64,000 nt of DNA from IMG/VR virus record IMGVR_UViG_3300031509_000001, positions 2,136 through 66,135 of that record. The stretch is one strand, 5' to 3'. This DNA comes from a virus (Duplodnaviria > Caudoviricetes). Both the position numbers and the translations under genes were made by a program. Shown piece by piece: positions 1 through 10,875 of this stretch (positions are counted from its first letter, which is position 1; each line of letters opens with the position of its first letter). A model generated the notes under the pieces. The model was not told where the DNA came from. It saw nothing but the letters and a program-made list of their open reading frames with translations, and did not search any database.

Positions 1-3000
1 GCCAGGAGTGAACGCGGTCCTTGGAATCGCTTGTTAGCGCTGACGGCACTGGGGATTGGGTCAGAACCGCTGCTAAATGGCAGGCTTAATGTACCGCGCG
101 AAATTTACCATCTAACGAGCGACACGGAGTTCTTCGTATGGATGCTGGAGCACAGGCTGGAATCGGCCCTTCTGGATCTTGCCCGCAGCCAGACAGAACG
201 AAGCTTGTTGCAGCGACTGTGGGATCGCGTGTTGAGCGCAATCAGGCGTGTCGTCGATTGGGCCAAGGGACTGATGGCCAGATTGCGCCCGGATTGGGAC
301 GATGAGCTGAAACGCAATATAAACCGTTTCTGGGATCGCCTGTTGGAGGCGATTGAGAATCCTGGCGTTGCTGCGATGCCTGAGCGTGCCATGGCTGTTC
401 CGAGTGGCGAGCCCGTGATTCACTTCGCCTTGGACCCTGACGGATGGGCTGCTCCATACGTCGCTGCAACAAGCACAGAGATGTCTGCCAACGTTGAAGC
501 GGCTCGGCGGTTCGCCACGGCTTACATCAGGGGCGCCTTGGAGAACATGGCTGGTAGCCTGGACAAGCTCCGCAAACAGGACGAGTTTGCTATCGCAGAG
601 CAACGCGAAATGGAGCGCCAAAAAAACACAAACCGCGATTTTGGCGCTGTGCTTGCGGCTATCGATGCGGTAATCGATCTTGAGCGCTTTGCAGCCGAGA
701 CTGGTCTTGATCCCTACGAGCCCGAAGGCTTTGCAAGGCTGGTGCAGGCTGTTCAGGACCGCCAGAATGCCGTCAGTGGAGATGCTTACCGCCAGGCTAT
801 TCAGGCGTTGCAGAGATTCCGTCATGCTTTCTATACGTGGTCTGCCTACTTGTACGCCAAGGATCTTGCAGACAACATCGTCATGCGCGATGCGGCAGTG
901 CGCCAGCTAACCTATTTGCGGGTGCTACGTGACAACGAGGAGCTCATGGAGCCAGGCGCTGCTGAGCTTATTGCTGGCGACGTGCCAACTTATGACATCG
1001 CTCTTCCTGGCATTAAAGAGCGCATTGCAGAGCTGGAAGAGGAGGTGGCGAAATGGGAGAAGGAGGTGCAGGATTCCGAGAAAGAACTGGAGAATTTCAT
1101 CAGTCGCCACGCTGCCGGTCTGACGCAGCCCATGCTTTCTGGTGAAGTCTGGCCGCTTGAGTCTTTGTATCAGCCCTTGATTGAGCAGCAACGCATTAAA
1201 GAGATTCCAGACAACGATTGGTGGGCCCCGGACACATTCCGCACCGTGTTCACTGAGCGCGTCAACCAGTTGGTCGAGCTGGCGATCACGAGCGACAGCA
1301 ACCGATACCAGCAGATGGTGCTGTACAAGACCGCTGCCGATCAACACCTTAAAGCCTTCGCGCGAGGGGATTATCGAATTTCGGAAATTGGCTTCTCAGA
1401 TTTGGTCTCGATCACCGAGCGTGCCCTTGCTGCGCTGTATGAGAACAGAGGGGACTATTCAGAGGAAGAGCGGCGAGCGATTGCGGCCTCATTTGTGCAC
1501 GCCGTCTTGAAATTCAATTATGCCAGAGACCGCGCTTTCAATGAATACATGACCAAGATCAACATTTTGGCCAACAAAGTAGACTGGATTGCCTACAGCC
1601 TGCTTGCGAAAGAGCGACTTCAGGTGGTAGCGCAGAAGCTGGCTGAAGCGCTTCAGGCCGCGAAGTGGCCCGAGACCAAGCCATACTCCAATGCAGAGGT
1701 CGCCTATGGCATTGTTCGAATGGCGACCATGTTGGCCAAGTTGCTGAAGGGCGCGATCAAGAAACTTTCGCCTTCACAAGCTATTTCACTCGTCAAGGGG
1801 CTAGTGGACGCAGCTCAGGCAGTTGCAACACGGGCCACAGGGGTTCCGACGATGCAGGCTAAAGCGGCGCTTTACCGTGAAGCCGCCGCTTCCGCGTTGA
1901 ATACATTCCTGACGGCGCAGAAGGCTGCCAAAAAATCTGCTGTCGTCCCCGAGAAAGTCTCCAAGGTTATTGGCCTGTCTGATGCAATGCTGGCTGTGAT
2001 CATGGAGTTGATGGCGACCAATCCCACCATCAGCCGAGGCATGATTGGGCTTGTAGCCACGATGGTCCGTGGCGATGAGCGCATCAAGCCCTTGATGGAA
2101 GCCATCACAAAACGGTTGGAAGACATCAGCCGATATTTGAGGCAGCGCCGCGCCATTCGAAAGCGTAAAGCGCAGGCTGCTGGCAAGAAGGCAGGCACAG
2201 CGGGTGCGCAAGCCAAACCGGCTCCTCAGGCGGATGAGCAGCAACCCATCAAGGAGCTCGACAGAAATGAAATCCGATTGCTTAAGCAGCATATCGAGAC
2301 CATTCTGACGTGGATTGACTACGATCTGGATCCGCAAATAGCCGAGCTGAAGAGAAATCTCATCGAGGCCAAGTCTGATCTGGATGCGCTTTTGAACGCT
2401 GTTGCGATCTGGAATGGCGTCACCAATCGCTCCTTCCCGAGGGCAGACGGGACCGGCGATACTCCCTTCTGGGAGGTGTGGAACGATGCCATGCGCATCT
2501 CGGGCTTGTCCCGCGTGATGGTAACGGTGGGGCCAGAGGACGATAGGACAGGTTCCGGCACCATCGTATTCCAGAGCTTCCCGGGCGCTCGTGAAGTCAT
2601 AATCAGCCCGTGGAACATGTACCCACAACAGACTATCCTGCTCGAGTTGAGTCGTTGGTCGAAGAAGGCTATTGAATATATCGCCACGACGCGGGCGCTA
2701 GAGCGGAAATACCGTGAGTTTATTAATGCTACCCGCGGAAAGACTGAGCAAGAGATTGCTGAGATGATCAAGACGGGGCAGATTGAAGAAGCCCAGACGC
2801 CGGAGAGTCTGGGCTATGATCCGTTGATTGCCAACGGCCTGGAAAATGCACTCATTACACACGCCGCGTATTTCGCCGGCGAAGTCCCGTTTGATATCGA
2901 GTCACCCGAGCACGAAAGCTCGCTGCTTCGCTTCATCAGTTCCACCAAGTTTACACACACGCTGGAGCAACTCATCTCGTGGATCCCACAGCCGTTCAGA

Positions 3001-6000
3001 ACGCCGCTGAAGATTTGGCTGGCCCGCTGGGCCAATCAACGGTTGGAGCTTGGGAAGATCTACACCGAATACCTGCCACGGATCAATCAGGCCAGGCTTA
3101 AAGCCATGCAGGCGTTTGGCACCATGAGTGAGCCCGAGTATCGCACTCTGGTGTGGGCGCCTCTGACAGAGTATGCCCGTCAGCATGGCGTTCGTGTAGA
3201 GCCGGGCATTAAGCTTCGGACGGGTCACGTTATCACAAAAGAAGATCTTGAGCTCCTGAGGCTGGTCCATTCGTTCGAGCGCGATCTGCTTCGCTTATCT
3301 CAGAAGATTCACGGCCATGATCCCAACCTGGGCATTGTGGACGCTGTGGTTGGAACGATGTTCAGTGTTGGCGGAGTCACCTATGCGCGCTATGCGGGGT
3401 CTGTTGGTACTTATGGATTGCCGCGGAGGTTGAACGATGCTGGTTATGCGCTGCTGGAACGCCTTGCTGTTGCGTATTCAAGAATTCGAGGTGACGAAAA
3501 GCTGAACACTCAGTACCGCTCTCTGATGAAGGGTGGATGGAAGGCTCTTTATGAGACTGGCGCGCGATTTGAAGGGGGCTTGCAGCCTATCCCAGTATTC
3601 CAAATGTTAATTGAGCCATGGTTGTCAGCAGAGTATACAGGCATTGCGGAGGCGTATTTGACGGACGCGTTGCGCCATCGGTCTGATGTTGCAATGGAAA
3701 GGTCGGATTGGTGGCTCCAAGTACTGCGCAAAGCTGCAGAGCTTTATTTGGCAGAAGCAACACTACAGAACAAGAGGCTTGAACCGAACTCCGTGCTTCC
3801 ACCGATGCCGACCCAGTGGAAGCAGATCATACCCTATGTGGCCGAGGCGCTGGAGCAAATTGGCGACCTGCCGGAGGAGATACAGGATGACGAGGATGCG
3901 CTTTACTATTATGCAGCCTTCAAGGTATTTGAAGACTTGGATCGAATGGCGCGGTTTGCCGTGTCGGCCACGAATGCGGAACGGTTCCAGAACATGGCCA
4001 CGCGGGCCGCTCAGGCGGGGGGCCGATCTTTCCTGAATGAGTTTACCAAACCTGCCGGGACGCTGGTGTTGCCATCGGCAGTGTACACCCATGGCGTTCT
4101 TACGGATGGCGAGATGCAGATGGCGACGCTTCGAGCGCAAGCGTATACATTTGTAGAATTTGCGCTGGCGATCAAGCGTGCGCGAGCCCATGTGGAAGAA
4201 ACGGAACGCGTGCTTTCTGCGGGCGGCTGGAACATCTCTGGCCTCAAAAGCATCCGGCAGCTTGTGCCCCTAATCAGAGCCTTGGAAGAATCTGTCATCT
4301 CTCTGGCGACTCTGGCTTGGACAGGCAGGTCTGCTCGCGATCCGATTTTCCTCTCGATGATCAAATCCGTTCTGCTCTCAAACATTGTGGTCACGTTGCG
4401 CAACCTGACTCTGGGGCCGATTTTGGCGTGGATTCACAATGCGCAGTTGCTCAATGTGTCCAGGGCGCTGGCGACATGGGTTACGATTAAACAGGCAGCA
4501 GCCGCAACATACCACTTCGTGCGTGACCTGTCGGTATCAAGCGCCAGAAGCGCCAGGGTGCTCATGGGTCTGCCGGCCTCCGTATTCAGGGCGCTTTGGC
4601 GGCGCAAAGGTGTCCGCGAGGCCGTTGAATCCTTCCTTCAGAACCTGTCGGATGCTGTTGTAACAGATCTGGTCCGGAACGTCAGCGCTACAGGATTCTC
4701 GCTAAGCCGGCGCACGGCGCACATGACCTACTTAACCTGGATCATGCGCAAAGTTCACAAAACATTGGCTGATGAGGCAATGTGGCGTTCGCCCGGGATC
4801 AGCGGTCTTGCCCATCGCATTGGCCGCGGCCTTCGCGCCGGGGCGTCTGCAGCAACACAGATCCTGCGTTCTATCGGCACAGAGATCGCTGACGTCTATT
4901 TGAACTCTATGGCTGTTGACAGCGCGGCTGCCATTGAACGGCACCTCGAGGAGATAGCAGAGAAGGTTTACAACCGGCTTACCAACAACCGCGATGTAGA
5001 TGAAGTTCAAACCCTGGCCAGAGGACTACTGCCGATTATCCCTGCCAGAGGATCACGCTTCAGAATCACGGATGAAGATATCAGCGATCGCAGTCTTCCG
5101 GCTGATCGGGCTGAACATGCGGCTGAGTTGCGTGATTTGATGGAAGAGGCCGGCATCAATCTGGACACGCTCATTCTTGGGACAGTCAAGCGCATGGCTA
5201 TAGAGGAGGCACGTCGCTTCCAAGAATCGGGCGGGCGGATTATGCCGGGTTCGCAGAAGCTGGAGCTGAGTGTTCTGGACGAGCAGCAACGCATTGATTT
5301 GATGCGGGCACTGATGCGCAGGTTCAATCAGGGCGACATTGTCAACCGTCCCATTGTCGCCATTCTTGATACCACCAAGCGCACCATCCTAACCTTCATG
5401 GGGTATTCGATTAATTTCTTGCATCAGTTGATTGCGTTTATTGCTGGTAAGCCTGCTACAAGGCTTCCAGACAAACTGCTGCTGGCCCTGTGGAAAATTC
5501 TGTGGCTGGCCATGGTGGTACTGTTCTTTGGCCAGGTTTCGATCAAGACGACCAACGAGGTCAAGCAGTTCGTGTTTGGCGATCCGCCGACTGTGCCAAC
5601 CGTGTTTGATCTCGACTTCTGGAAGAACTGGACGCTGGCCAAGCGATCTCTGTTCTTCTCAGTACTCCTGGGCCTTCCTTTGGTTGGCGACCTATTGGCT
5701 CGAGCCGCTGGCGTAGTGTTTGGCAACCGTGGTTGGACGCTGACTGACCGCGTCTTGGCCGTTCGGCTTGTCGACGATTTCTTCAGCACAATTTTCAACA
5801 CGGGCAAAAACCTGGTCAGCCTGGTAACATCCGAGAGGCCATTTGAGAACCGTATTCGCGACGTTTTTGAACCCTCCTATCAGGCGTTGACGCGTTATGT
5901 GTGGTTTGCAACGCCGTTTGTTCGTGCGGTCTCTGAGACTCGTGACGCAGCCATTGAGTTGCGCCAGGCGCGCAGCATGGCCCGGTACTATGCCACGCTG

Positions 6001-6807
6001 TCGGGTGTTGCGACGGAGCAAAAGGCCAAGACCGCTGTTCGGATTTCAGAGCAGCCAGATGTTGTTCGGCAGAGAATTTTGACAGACATTGCGGCGGCTG
6101 CTGCGCAGCGAGATCCACAAGCACTTAAGGCTGCGATTGACGAGCTTGTAATCTACTTCCGTGAGCGTGGATCTGTGGATCCGGAACGCAGCGCCCAGAC
6201 TGCGCTACAGGGCATCAATCCGTTCCATCAGGTCGCTGATGGCCGAACGCCGGATGATGCTGAGATCAGCAGGATACTGGCAACGGCGACACCAGAAGCC
6301 AAGACCGCCATTGCCAAGGCCTATGACAATTATCTTTGGGCGAAGAATGTGGCTTCCAGCCTGCTTGGCACTAGGCGCGATGTTGGCCTTGGCGGGCGAG
6401 GCGGCGGGGCGATCATTCCGGGGCGCGCAGTATCGATCCGCGGCGCGTTGCCCGGGGCCGTTACGCGCAGGCTGAAGATTCCGAGGCCAAGGTCGACTGT
6501 TGCTGCTGCTGAAGAAGCCGCAGAACCACTGACCGTGCTACGTCGGCCAGAACCGCCCTTGCGCATTCCGGGCCGCAGGGGGCTCATTACCGGGCGGAGA
6601 TTGGCTGGTCGAGCGCCATCTATCCCGAGGGCGCCCTTGGTCGGCAGACTGCTGCGAGTCCGTATTGGCACTGGCGCGGGCGCCGCCAGGGCTGGAATGG
6701 CCGAACATCGACCAATCCCGCGCTTGGGCCGCATCGTAGAGCGCCGGCTGGTCGCAGGCCGCAAGGAACCCGCAAGAGCATTACGCATGCCAATTGGCAA
6801 AGCCTAG
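1..6807 (+). CDS. C-terminal part of a giant virion/DNA-ejection (large polyvalent) protein; 5' end outside the window
   Basis: Frame 1 is open from base 1 (GCC AGG AGT... ARSERGPWNRLL) to TAG at 6805-6807, over 2260 codons. It is mostly helical, with hydrophobic stretches near the C-terminus (LLLALWKILWLAMVVLFFG, SLFFSVLLGLPLVG) and an Arg/Pro-rich tail, like large podovirus ejection proteins. Confidence 0.6.
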   Translation, partial: ARSERGPWNRLLALTALGIGSEPLLNGRLNVPREIYHLTSDTEFFVWMLEHRLESALLDLARSQTERSLLQRLWDRVLSAIRRVVDWAKGLMARLRPDWDDELKRNINRFWDRLLEAIENPGVAAMPERAMAVPSGEPVIHFALDPDGWAAPYVAATSTEMSANVEAARRFATAYIRGALENMAGSLDKLRKQDEFAIAEQREMERQKNTNRDFGAVLAAIDAVIDLERFAAETGLDPYEPEGFARLVQAVQDRQNAVSGDAYRQAIQALQRFRHAFYTWSAYLYAKDLADNIVMRDAAVRQLTYLRVLRDNEELMEPGAAELIAGDVPTYDIALPGIKERIAELEEEVAKWEKEVQDSEKELENFISRHAAGLTQPMLSGEVWPLESLYQPLIEQQRIKEIPDNDWWAPDTFRTVFTERVNQLVELAITSDSNRYQQMVLYKTAADQHLKAFARGDYRISEIGFSDLVSITERALAALYENRGDYSEEERRAIAASFVHAVLKFNYARDRAFNEYMTKINILANKVDWIAYSLLAKERLQVVAQKLAEALQAAKWPETKPYSNAEVAYGIVRMATMLAKLLKGAIKKLSPSQAISLVKGLVDAAQAVATRATGVPTMQAKAALYREAAASALNTFLTAQKAAKKSAVVPEKVSKVIGLSDAMLAVIMELMATNPTISRGMIGLVATMVRGDERIKPLMEAITKRLEDISRYLRQRRAIRKRKAQAAGKKAGTAGAQAKPAPQADEQQPIKELDRNEIRLLKQHIETILTWIDYDLDPQIAELKRNLIEAKSDLDALLNAVAIWNGVTNRSFPRADGTGDTPFWEVWNDAMRISGLSRVMVTVGPEDDRTGSGTIVFQSFPGAREVIISPWNMYPQQTILLELSRWSKKAIEYIATTRALERKYREFINATRGKTEQEIAEMIKTGQIEEAQTPESLGYDPLIANGLENALITHAAYFAGEVPFDIESPEHESSLLRFISSTKFTHTLEQLISWIPQPFRTPLKIWLARWANQRLELGKIYTEYLPRINQARLKAMQAFGTMSEPEYRTLVWAPLTEYARQHGVRVEPGIKLRTGHVITKEDLELLRLVHSFERDLLRLSQKIHGHDPNLGIVDAVVGTMFSVGGVTYARYAGSVGTYGLPRRLNDAGYALLERLAVAYSRIRGDEKLNTQYRSLMKGGWKALYETGARFEGGLQPIPVFQMLIEPWLSAEYTGIAEAYLTDALRHRSDVAMERSDWWLQVLRKAAELYLAEATLQNKRLEPNSVLPPMPTQWKQIIPYVAEALEQIGDLPEEIQDDEDALYYYAAFKVFEDLDRMARFAVSATNAERFQNMATRAAQAGGRSFLNEFTKPAGTLVLPSAVYTHGVLTDGEMQMATLRAQAYTFVEFALAIKRARAHVEETERVLSAGGWNISGLKSIRQLVPLIRALEESVISLATLAWTGRSARDPIFLSMIKSVLLSNIVVTLRNLTLGPILAWIHNAQLLNVSRALATWVTIKQAAAATYHFVRDLSVSSARSARVLMGLPASVFRALWRRKGVREAVESFLQNLSDAVVTDLVRNVSATGFSLSRRTAHMTYLTWIMRKVHKTLADEAMWRSPGISGLAHRIGRGLRAGASAATQILRSIGTEIADVYLNSMAVDSAAAIERHLEEIAEKVYNRLTNNRDVDEVQTLARGLLPIIPARGSRFRITDEDISDRSLPADRAEHAAELRDLMEEAGINLDTLILGTVKRMAIEEARRFQESGGRIMPGSQKLELSVLDEQQRIDLMRALMRRFNQGDIVNRPIVAILDTTKRTILTFMGYSINFLHQLIAFIAGKPATRLPDKLLLALWKILWLAMVVLFFGQVSIKTTNEVKQFVFGDPPTVPTVFDLDFWKNWTLAKRSLFFSVLLGLPLVGDLLARAAGVVFGNRGWTLTDRVLAVRLVDDFFSTIFNTGKNLVSLVTSERPFENRIRDVFEPSYQALTRYVWFATPFVRAVSETRDAAIELRQARSMARYYATLSGVATEQKAKTAVRISEQPDVVRQRILTDIAAAAAQRDPQALKAAIDELVIYFRERGSVDPERSAQTALQGINPFHQVADGRTPDDAEISRILATATPEAKTAIAKAYDNYLWAKNVASSLLGTRRDVGLGGRGGGAIIPGRAVSIRGALPGAVTRRLKIPRPRSTVAAAEEAAEPLTVLRRPEPPLRIPGRRGLITGRRLAGRAPSIPRAPLVGRLLRVRIGTGAGAARAGMAEHRPIPRLGRIVERRLVAGRKEPARALRMPIGKA

Positions 6808-6855
6808 TGGCGACTCCTTGCTAGTAGGCCGCCGCAAACCTGCATCATCGGTCAA

Positions 6856-6884
6856 TTGACACGGAAGGCATGTTCGTGTAGGAT
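6856..6884 (+). promoter_or_regulatory. sigma70-type promoter of the replication operon
   Basis: TTGACA-N17-TAGGAT in the intergenic gap; ATG at 6891 follows 6 nt after the -10 box. Confidence 0.7.
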
Positions 6885-6890
6885 GGCGGC

Positions 6891-7436
6891 ATGATGAACC
6901 GCGACACTACCGCTTCTACGACTCAACAACCAACAGTCGAGGAACCGCGGCCTGTAGAGGATGTGGCCCAGCAGCAGCAGCAGCAGCAGGCTGTGGCTGC
7001 AGTGCAAGGAGGGGACTATGGGAAGACACTTCTTCAGATGTTGGACATGTTCCCTCCGTGGCTTGTGATTACGCTGGCTAGGGACCTCAAGACGGGCCGC
7101 GCGCTTGCCTACAAGGAAATCAGCCACCGCAGTGGCGTCTGCATGCGGACCATTTGTCGCATGGCCCATGAGCGAACTTGGGCAGACCACTCGATTCAGG
7201 TTGTTTCTGCGGTTTTGAATGCCGCCGGCTTCAATCCCTCTACGTGGCCCGCGTGGAAGTCCTACATCCTAAACTCTGTGCGCCGCGAAAAGCCGTTCCG
7301 CTATTTGTCGCGGAAGAAGCGACGATTGAAGAAGTTGCTGGTTATGGTGGCAGCATCGCGCACTGCTGGTGGCGGTGCTGTACATGGCGGAGAGCAGGAA
7401 CGGGAAGGGCAGGTTGCAGAATCAGACGTTGATTGA
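6891..7436 (+). CDS. putative HTH DNA-binding protein
   Basis: 181 aa; LAYKEISHRSGVCMRTICRMA resembles an XRE-type helix-turn-helix; first gene after the promoter. Confidence 0.5.
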   Translation: MMNRDTTASTTQQPTVEEPRPVEDVAQQQQQQQAVAAVQGGDYGKTLLQMLDMFPPWLVITLARDLKTGRALAYKEISHRSGVCMRTICRMAHERTWADHSIQVVSAVLNAAGFNPSTWPAWKSYILNSVRREKPFRYLSRKKRRLKKLLVMVAASRTAGGGAVHGGEQEREGQVAESDVD

Positions 7437-7460
7437 TTGGGCATAAAGGGGGGGGCGCAT

Positions 7461-8297
7461 ATGAACACGACTCCTGATGCTATTGCCGCCGACACTGGCG
7501 ATAGCGCAAATAGCAAGGCTGCTGCCAAGCCAGGGGCAAAGATTCTGCGGGCCATCGGCTATCAAGAGGGGCTCAGCCTGATTGAGGCCGGGCTGCTCCT
7601 GAAGCTGGTTGAGTCCTATTGGAAGGATGGTCCGTCTGCTTTCCGCGTTGAACACTACGCGGATTTGTTTCTCAGCCACCAGCAGATACTGAGTGCGTTT
7701 CAGAATTTGGTAAGCCGCGGGATTGTGCAGATCAGCCCTGAAGGGTATTGCATTCCTGTGGAATTCGCCAAATCTGTGCGTTCAGATGCGCGCAGGCTGC
7801 AAGCGCTGCAGGAGTACAATGAGCACAGGTTGAGCTTCAAGCTGGCCGATGTTGGTGATGTCATAAGCGAGGAGACGCTCCAGAAATTCAATCAGTTTTG
7901 GTCAGCGTACCCGAAGGTCAAGGGGCGGACATGGCACAAGACCATTGCCCTTCGGGCGTTCGTACGGGCGCTGCGCGTGGCTCCGCTGGAGCGCATTCTG
8001 ATGGGGCTGGAGATCGCCAAGCAATCCCCGCAGTGGCGGAGAGATGGCGGACAATACATTCCCATGCCCAGCACGTTCCTGAACCAGCGGCGCTGGGAAG
8101 ACTACATCGCCGACAAACAGAATGCTTTGGCGTCGCCAAATGCCAAGGAGAACGCCCGTTACGTCGGGAAGGGCATCATCATTGGCCAGCGCATGTATAC
8201 AGCTCAAACTCCGCCACAACGTGAGGATTTCAACACTGAGCGAGAGTACATTGAGGCACGAGCAAAATGGGCCGTTTGGCTTGCCCAGATGGGCTGA
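7461..8297 (+). CDS. phage replication initiator / replisome organizer
   Basis: FNQFWSAYPK...KQSPQWRRDGGQYIPMPSTFLNQRRWED is the typical C-terminal motif of phage initiators; N-terminal wHTH-like part; directly upstream of DnaB; G-rich RBS before ATG 7461. Confidence 0.75.
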   Translation: MNTTPDAIAADTGDSANSKAAAKPGAKILRAIGYQEGLSLIEAGLLLKLVESYWKDGPSAFRVEHYADLFLSHQQILSAFQNLVSRGIVQISPEGYCIPVEFAKSVRSDARRLQALQEYNEHRLSFKLADVGDVISEETLQKFNQFWSAYPKVKGRTWHKTIALRAFVRALRVAPLERILMGLEIAKQSPQWRRDGGQYIPMPSTFLNQRRWEDYIADKQNALASPNAKENARYVGKGIIIGQRMYTAQTPPQREDFNTEREYIEARAKWAVWLAQMG

Positions 8298-8341
8298 GCC
8301 CAGTACACTGATGTCCAGCAGTCATCTACAATATCCTGCCT

Positions 8342-9766
8342 ATGTCCACCGCCACAGGCATAGTCGGCTCGGCGGCCAAGCGCTCCACGGTGCAATCATC
8401 TGCGGCCAACAAGGAGGCAGTGCAACAACAACTGCCGCCACACGACACAGAGACAGAACGCGCGCTGCTTTCTGCCTGCCTTGCTGATCCAGATGTGGTA
8501 CCGCGCGTCTACTCCCTAATCCGCGACCGGTATAAGATTTTCTGGGAACCGGCCCATCGGCTTGTGTACAAGGCCATCATCGAACTTTGGCAACAGGGCG
8601 TTCAGCCTGACATCATCTCAGTTTACAACAGGATTAAAACCTACCGAGATTCCTATGGTCGTTCTGGCGCAGATCTGGTGAGTGCGCAGGCCTTGGCCGA
8701 AATAGCCAACGCGCCGGCTTCATCGGCCAACGTTGAATATTACCATGACATCCTTCGCGCTCGTTATCTGTGTCGGCAATTGATTGCCTATGGCAAGAGG
8801 CTTGAAGAACTCGCCATGGCATGGACGGATGACACACCGCCAGATGAACTTTACAGCCGCGCCGTATCCGAGCTTTCCACGATTCGAGATGAATCTAACA
8901 CAGTCGATTACGTGCCCATCACGCAGACATTACGAGAGATTGATGAGGATTTGGGGCGTGTGATGAATGGCGATGTCATCATGGGGGCCACCACGGGCTA
9001 TTCTGATCTAGATCGCATTATCGGTGGCCTTCGTGCGCCTGACATGATCATTGTGGCCGCCCGCCCCAGCGTGGGCAAGACTGCCATGGCGCTCAACGTC
9101 GCCATGAATGCCATGGAGCGAAATGGCAATGACTTCTCTGTTGGCATTTTCTCACTGGAGATGAGCCGCAAGGACATCGTGACTCGCATGTTGTGTTCCA
9201 TGGCGCGCGTTGACACACGTTTTACCCGCGGCGGCACCATTACCAAGGATGAAGTCAATCGTCTTGCTTCCTGCGCCATGCGCATGGCCATGTATCGCGA
9301 TAGGATTGTGATTGACGATCGTTCTGGAATTTCGATAGGAGAGCTCTGCGCATCTGCGCGCATCATGGCCATGCGATTCAACATCAAGCTTTTGGTCATC
9401 GACTATCTGCAGTTGTTGCACAGTTCCCGAAGGCATGCCAATCGAAACGAAGAAGTGGCGCACATCAGTCACCAGATCAAAGCCCTGGCTAAAGAGCTGA
9501 ACATTCCCATCATCCTGATCAGCCAGCTCAACCGAAATGCCGCGCGCAGCGATTATCCGTCCATTGCAGACCTTCGAGACAGCGGAGTGGTGGAAGAAGA
9601 CGCGGACATCATCGCGTTGCTCCGCAAGGAAGACAGCCAGGAGCCAATTGTGGGGCTGGAAATGATCATAGCCAAAAACCGAAACGGCCCAACAGACACG
9701 GTGCCGTTTGTCTTCTTTAGGACGTGCCAACGAATTGAATTGCAAACCAAGACCGCCAATGTCTGA
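8342..9766 (+). CDS. dnaB: replicative DNA helicase DnaB
   Basis: Motifs AARPSVGKT, FSLEMS, IDYLQL, SQLNR, DLRDSGVVEEDAD, IAKNRNGP; N-terminal PPHDTETERALL domain. Confidence 0.97.
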   Translation: MSTATGIVGSAAKRSTVQSSAANKEAVQQQLPPHDTETERALLSACLADPDVVPRVYSLIRDRYKIFWEPAHRLVYKAIIELWQQGVQPDIISVYNRIKTYRDSYGRSGADLVSAQALAEIANAPASSANVEYYHDILRARYLCRQLIAYGKRLEELAMAWTDDTPPDELYSRAVSELSTIRDESNTVDYVPITQTLREIDEDLGRVMNGDVIMGATTGYSDLDRIIGGLRAPDMIIVAARPSVGKTAMALNVAMNAMERNGNDFSVGIFSLEMSRKDIVTRMLCSMARVDTRFTRGGTITKDEVNRLASCAMRMAMYRDRIVIDDRSGISIGELCASARIMAMRFNIKLLVIDYLQLLHSSRRHANRNEEVAHISHQIKALAKELNIPIILISQLNRNAARSDYPSIADLRDSGVVEEDADIIALLRKEDSQEPIVGLEMIIAKNRNGPTDTVPFVFFRTCQRIELQTKTANV

Positions 9767-10232
9767 CGCCAGGCTGATGCTGTCATCGCTGGAAGGCTTG
9801 CTGTCGCCGTGCTGTTTGTCTGAATGCGTTGGCGAACGCGTCATGGCTGCATCGATCTGGATGCCAGATGGGACATTTGCCAAGACAGACCAGTGGACCC
9901 GGTGTTTGCACTGCGGCATGTATCCGGCTCAGTTGATTGAGCCAGAATTTTGCAATGACGGGCTTTGTCGTTCTGTGATTCTAAAGGCACCGCGATTGTT
10001 TATGAACGATCCAGCGGTTATCCTTGCACGCAATGAGCCCGTGTTTACCAATGACACGCTCGAACGAGAAGAACAGGTGCGTCGGTACGGCTGGATTGTA
10101 CTGCCTGTCCCACTGGACCTGCTCTGCCTGGTGTGCCGCGCACTTCAAGCAGGGGATGTCCGGCACAAACGTTATCTGGTCTGCATTCCTAGCCGCCCTG
10201 GATTTTTTGGTGTTGTAGTGGAGCGTCTATGA
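9759..10232 (+). CDS. hypothetical Cys-rich protein
   Basis: ATG overlaps the dnaB end; CxxC pairs. Confidence 0.55.
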   Translation: MSDARLMLSSLEGLLSPCCLSECVGERVMAASIWMPDGTFAKTDQWTRCLHCGMYPAQLIEPEFCNDGLCRSVILKAPRLFMNDPAVILARNEPVFTNDTLEREEQVRRYGWIVLPVPLDLLCLVCRALQAGDVRHKRYLVCIPSRPGFFGVVVERL

Positions 10233-10627
10233 AAACCAAGCATCCAAAACCAACAGACCGATCCGTCACCTGCTTTGCCACCATGTGCTGCTGGCAAAGG
10301 GTTAACAACGACGAACTGGACCACGCTGCCGTCAAATGCGCGGTGTGTAATCGGCCAGCGGTTGTGATCGCGTTCCAAGCCACCCCACAGTTTGCTGACG
10401 CAATCTACGATGCGATTCGAGTCAACACACCCAAGGCAGCCCTGCGCATGCTCGGGCCTGGCTGGCGACAGATAACGCCCTGGCAATCCCTGGATCGTCA
10501 TCTGAACAGCATGGAGCGTCTGTGGTACGAGTACGGCGCTGATGCGTCTGCAGTTGTGCTTGCGCGCTACCTGACGAGCTTTGCTCTATTTGCAAGGCAG
10601 GTGGATTCGCAAGAGGAGGACGCTTGA
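10229..10627 (+). CDS. hypothetical protein
   Basis: ATGA overlap with the previous gene; CxxC motif. Confidence 0.6.
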   Translation: MKTKHPKPTDRSVTCFATMCCWQRVNNDELDHAAVKCAVCNRPAVVIAFQATPQFADAIYDAIRVNTPKAALRMLGPGWRQITPWQSLDRHLNSMERLWYEYGADASAVVLARYLTSFALFARQVDSQEEDA

Positions 10628-10704
10628 CGGGCAAGCGCCCATATGCTATGTATTGATTGGGTAGCGTCTAGGTACCCTCGGGAGACCCCTAAAGGCAGCC
10701 CACA

Positions 10705-10761
10705 AGGCGTGCCGCGCGATGGCGTGATGGCTCTCGGCGCGCGGCACGCCTCTCTCTTTTT
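10705..10761 (+). terminator. intrinsic terminator-like hairpin
   Basis: Perfect 14-bp stem AGGCGTGCCGCGCG / CGCGCGGCACGCCT followed by CTCTCTTTTT. Confidence 0.55.
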
Positions 10762-10875
10762 GCATCCACGACGCAAACATGACGTATCGTGCAATTTCGT
10801 GTTCGCAGCCGGGCCTTGTCCACGCAACTCGTTGCTATTCTTGGACTTCCAACCAAGCGGGGTGTACTTTTGTGC

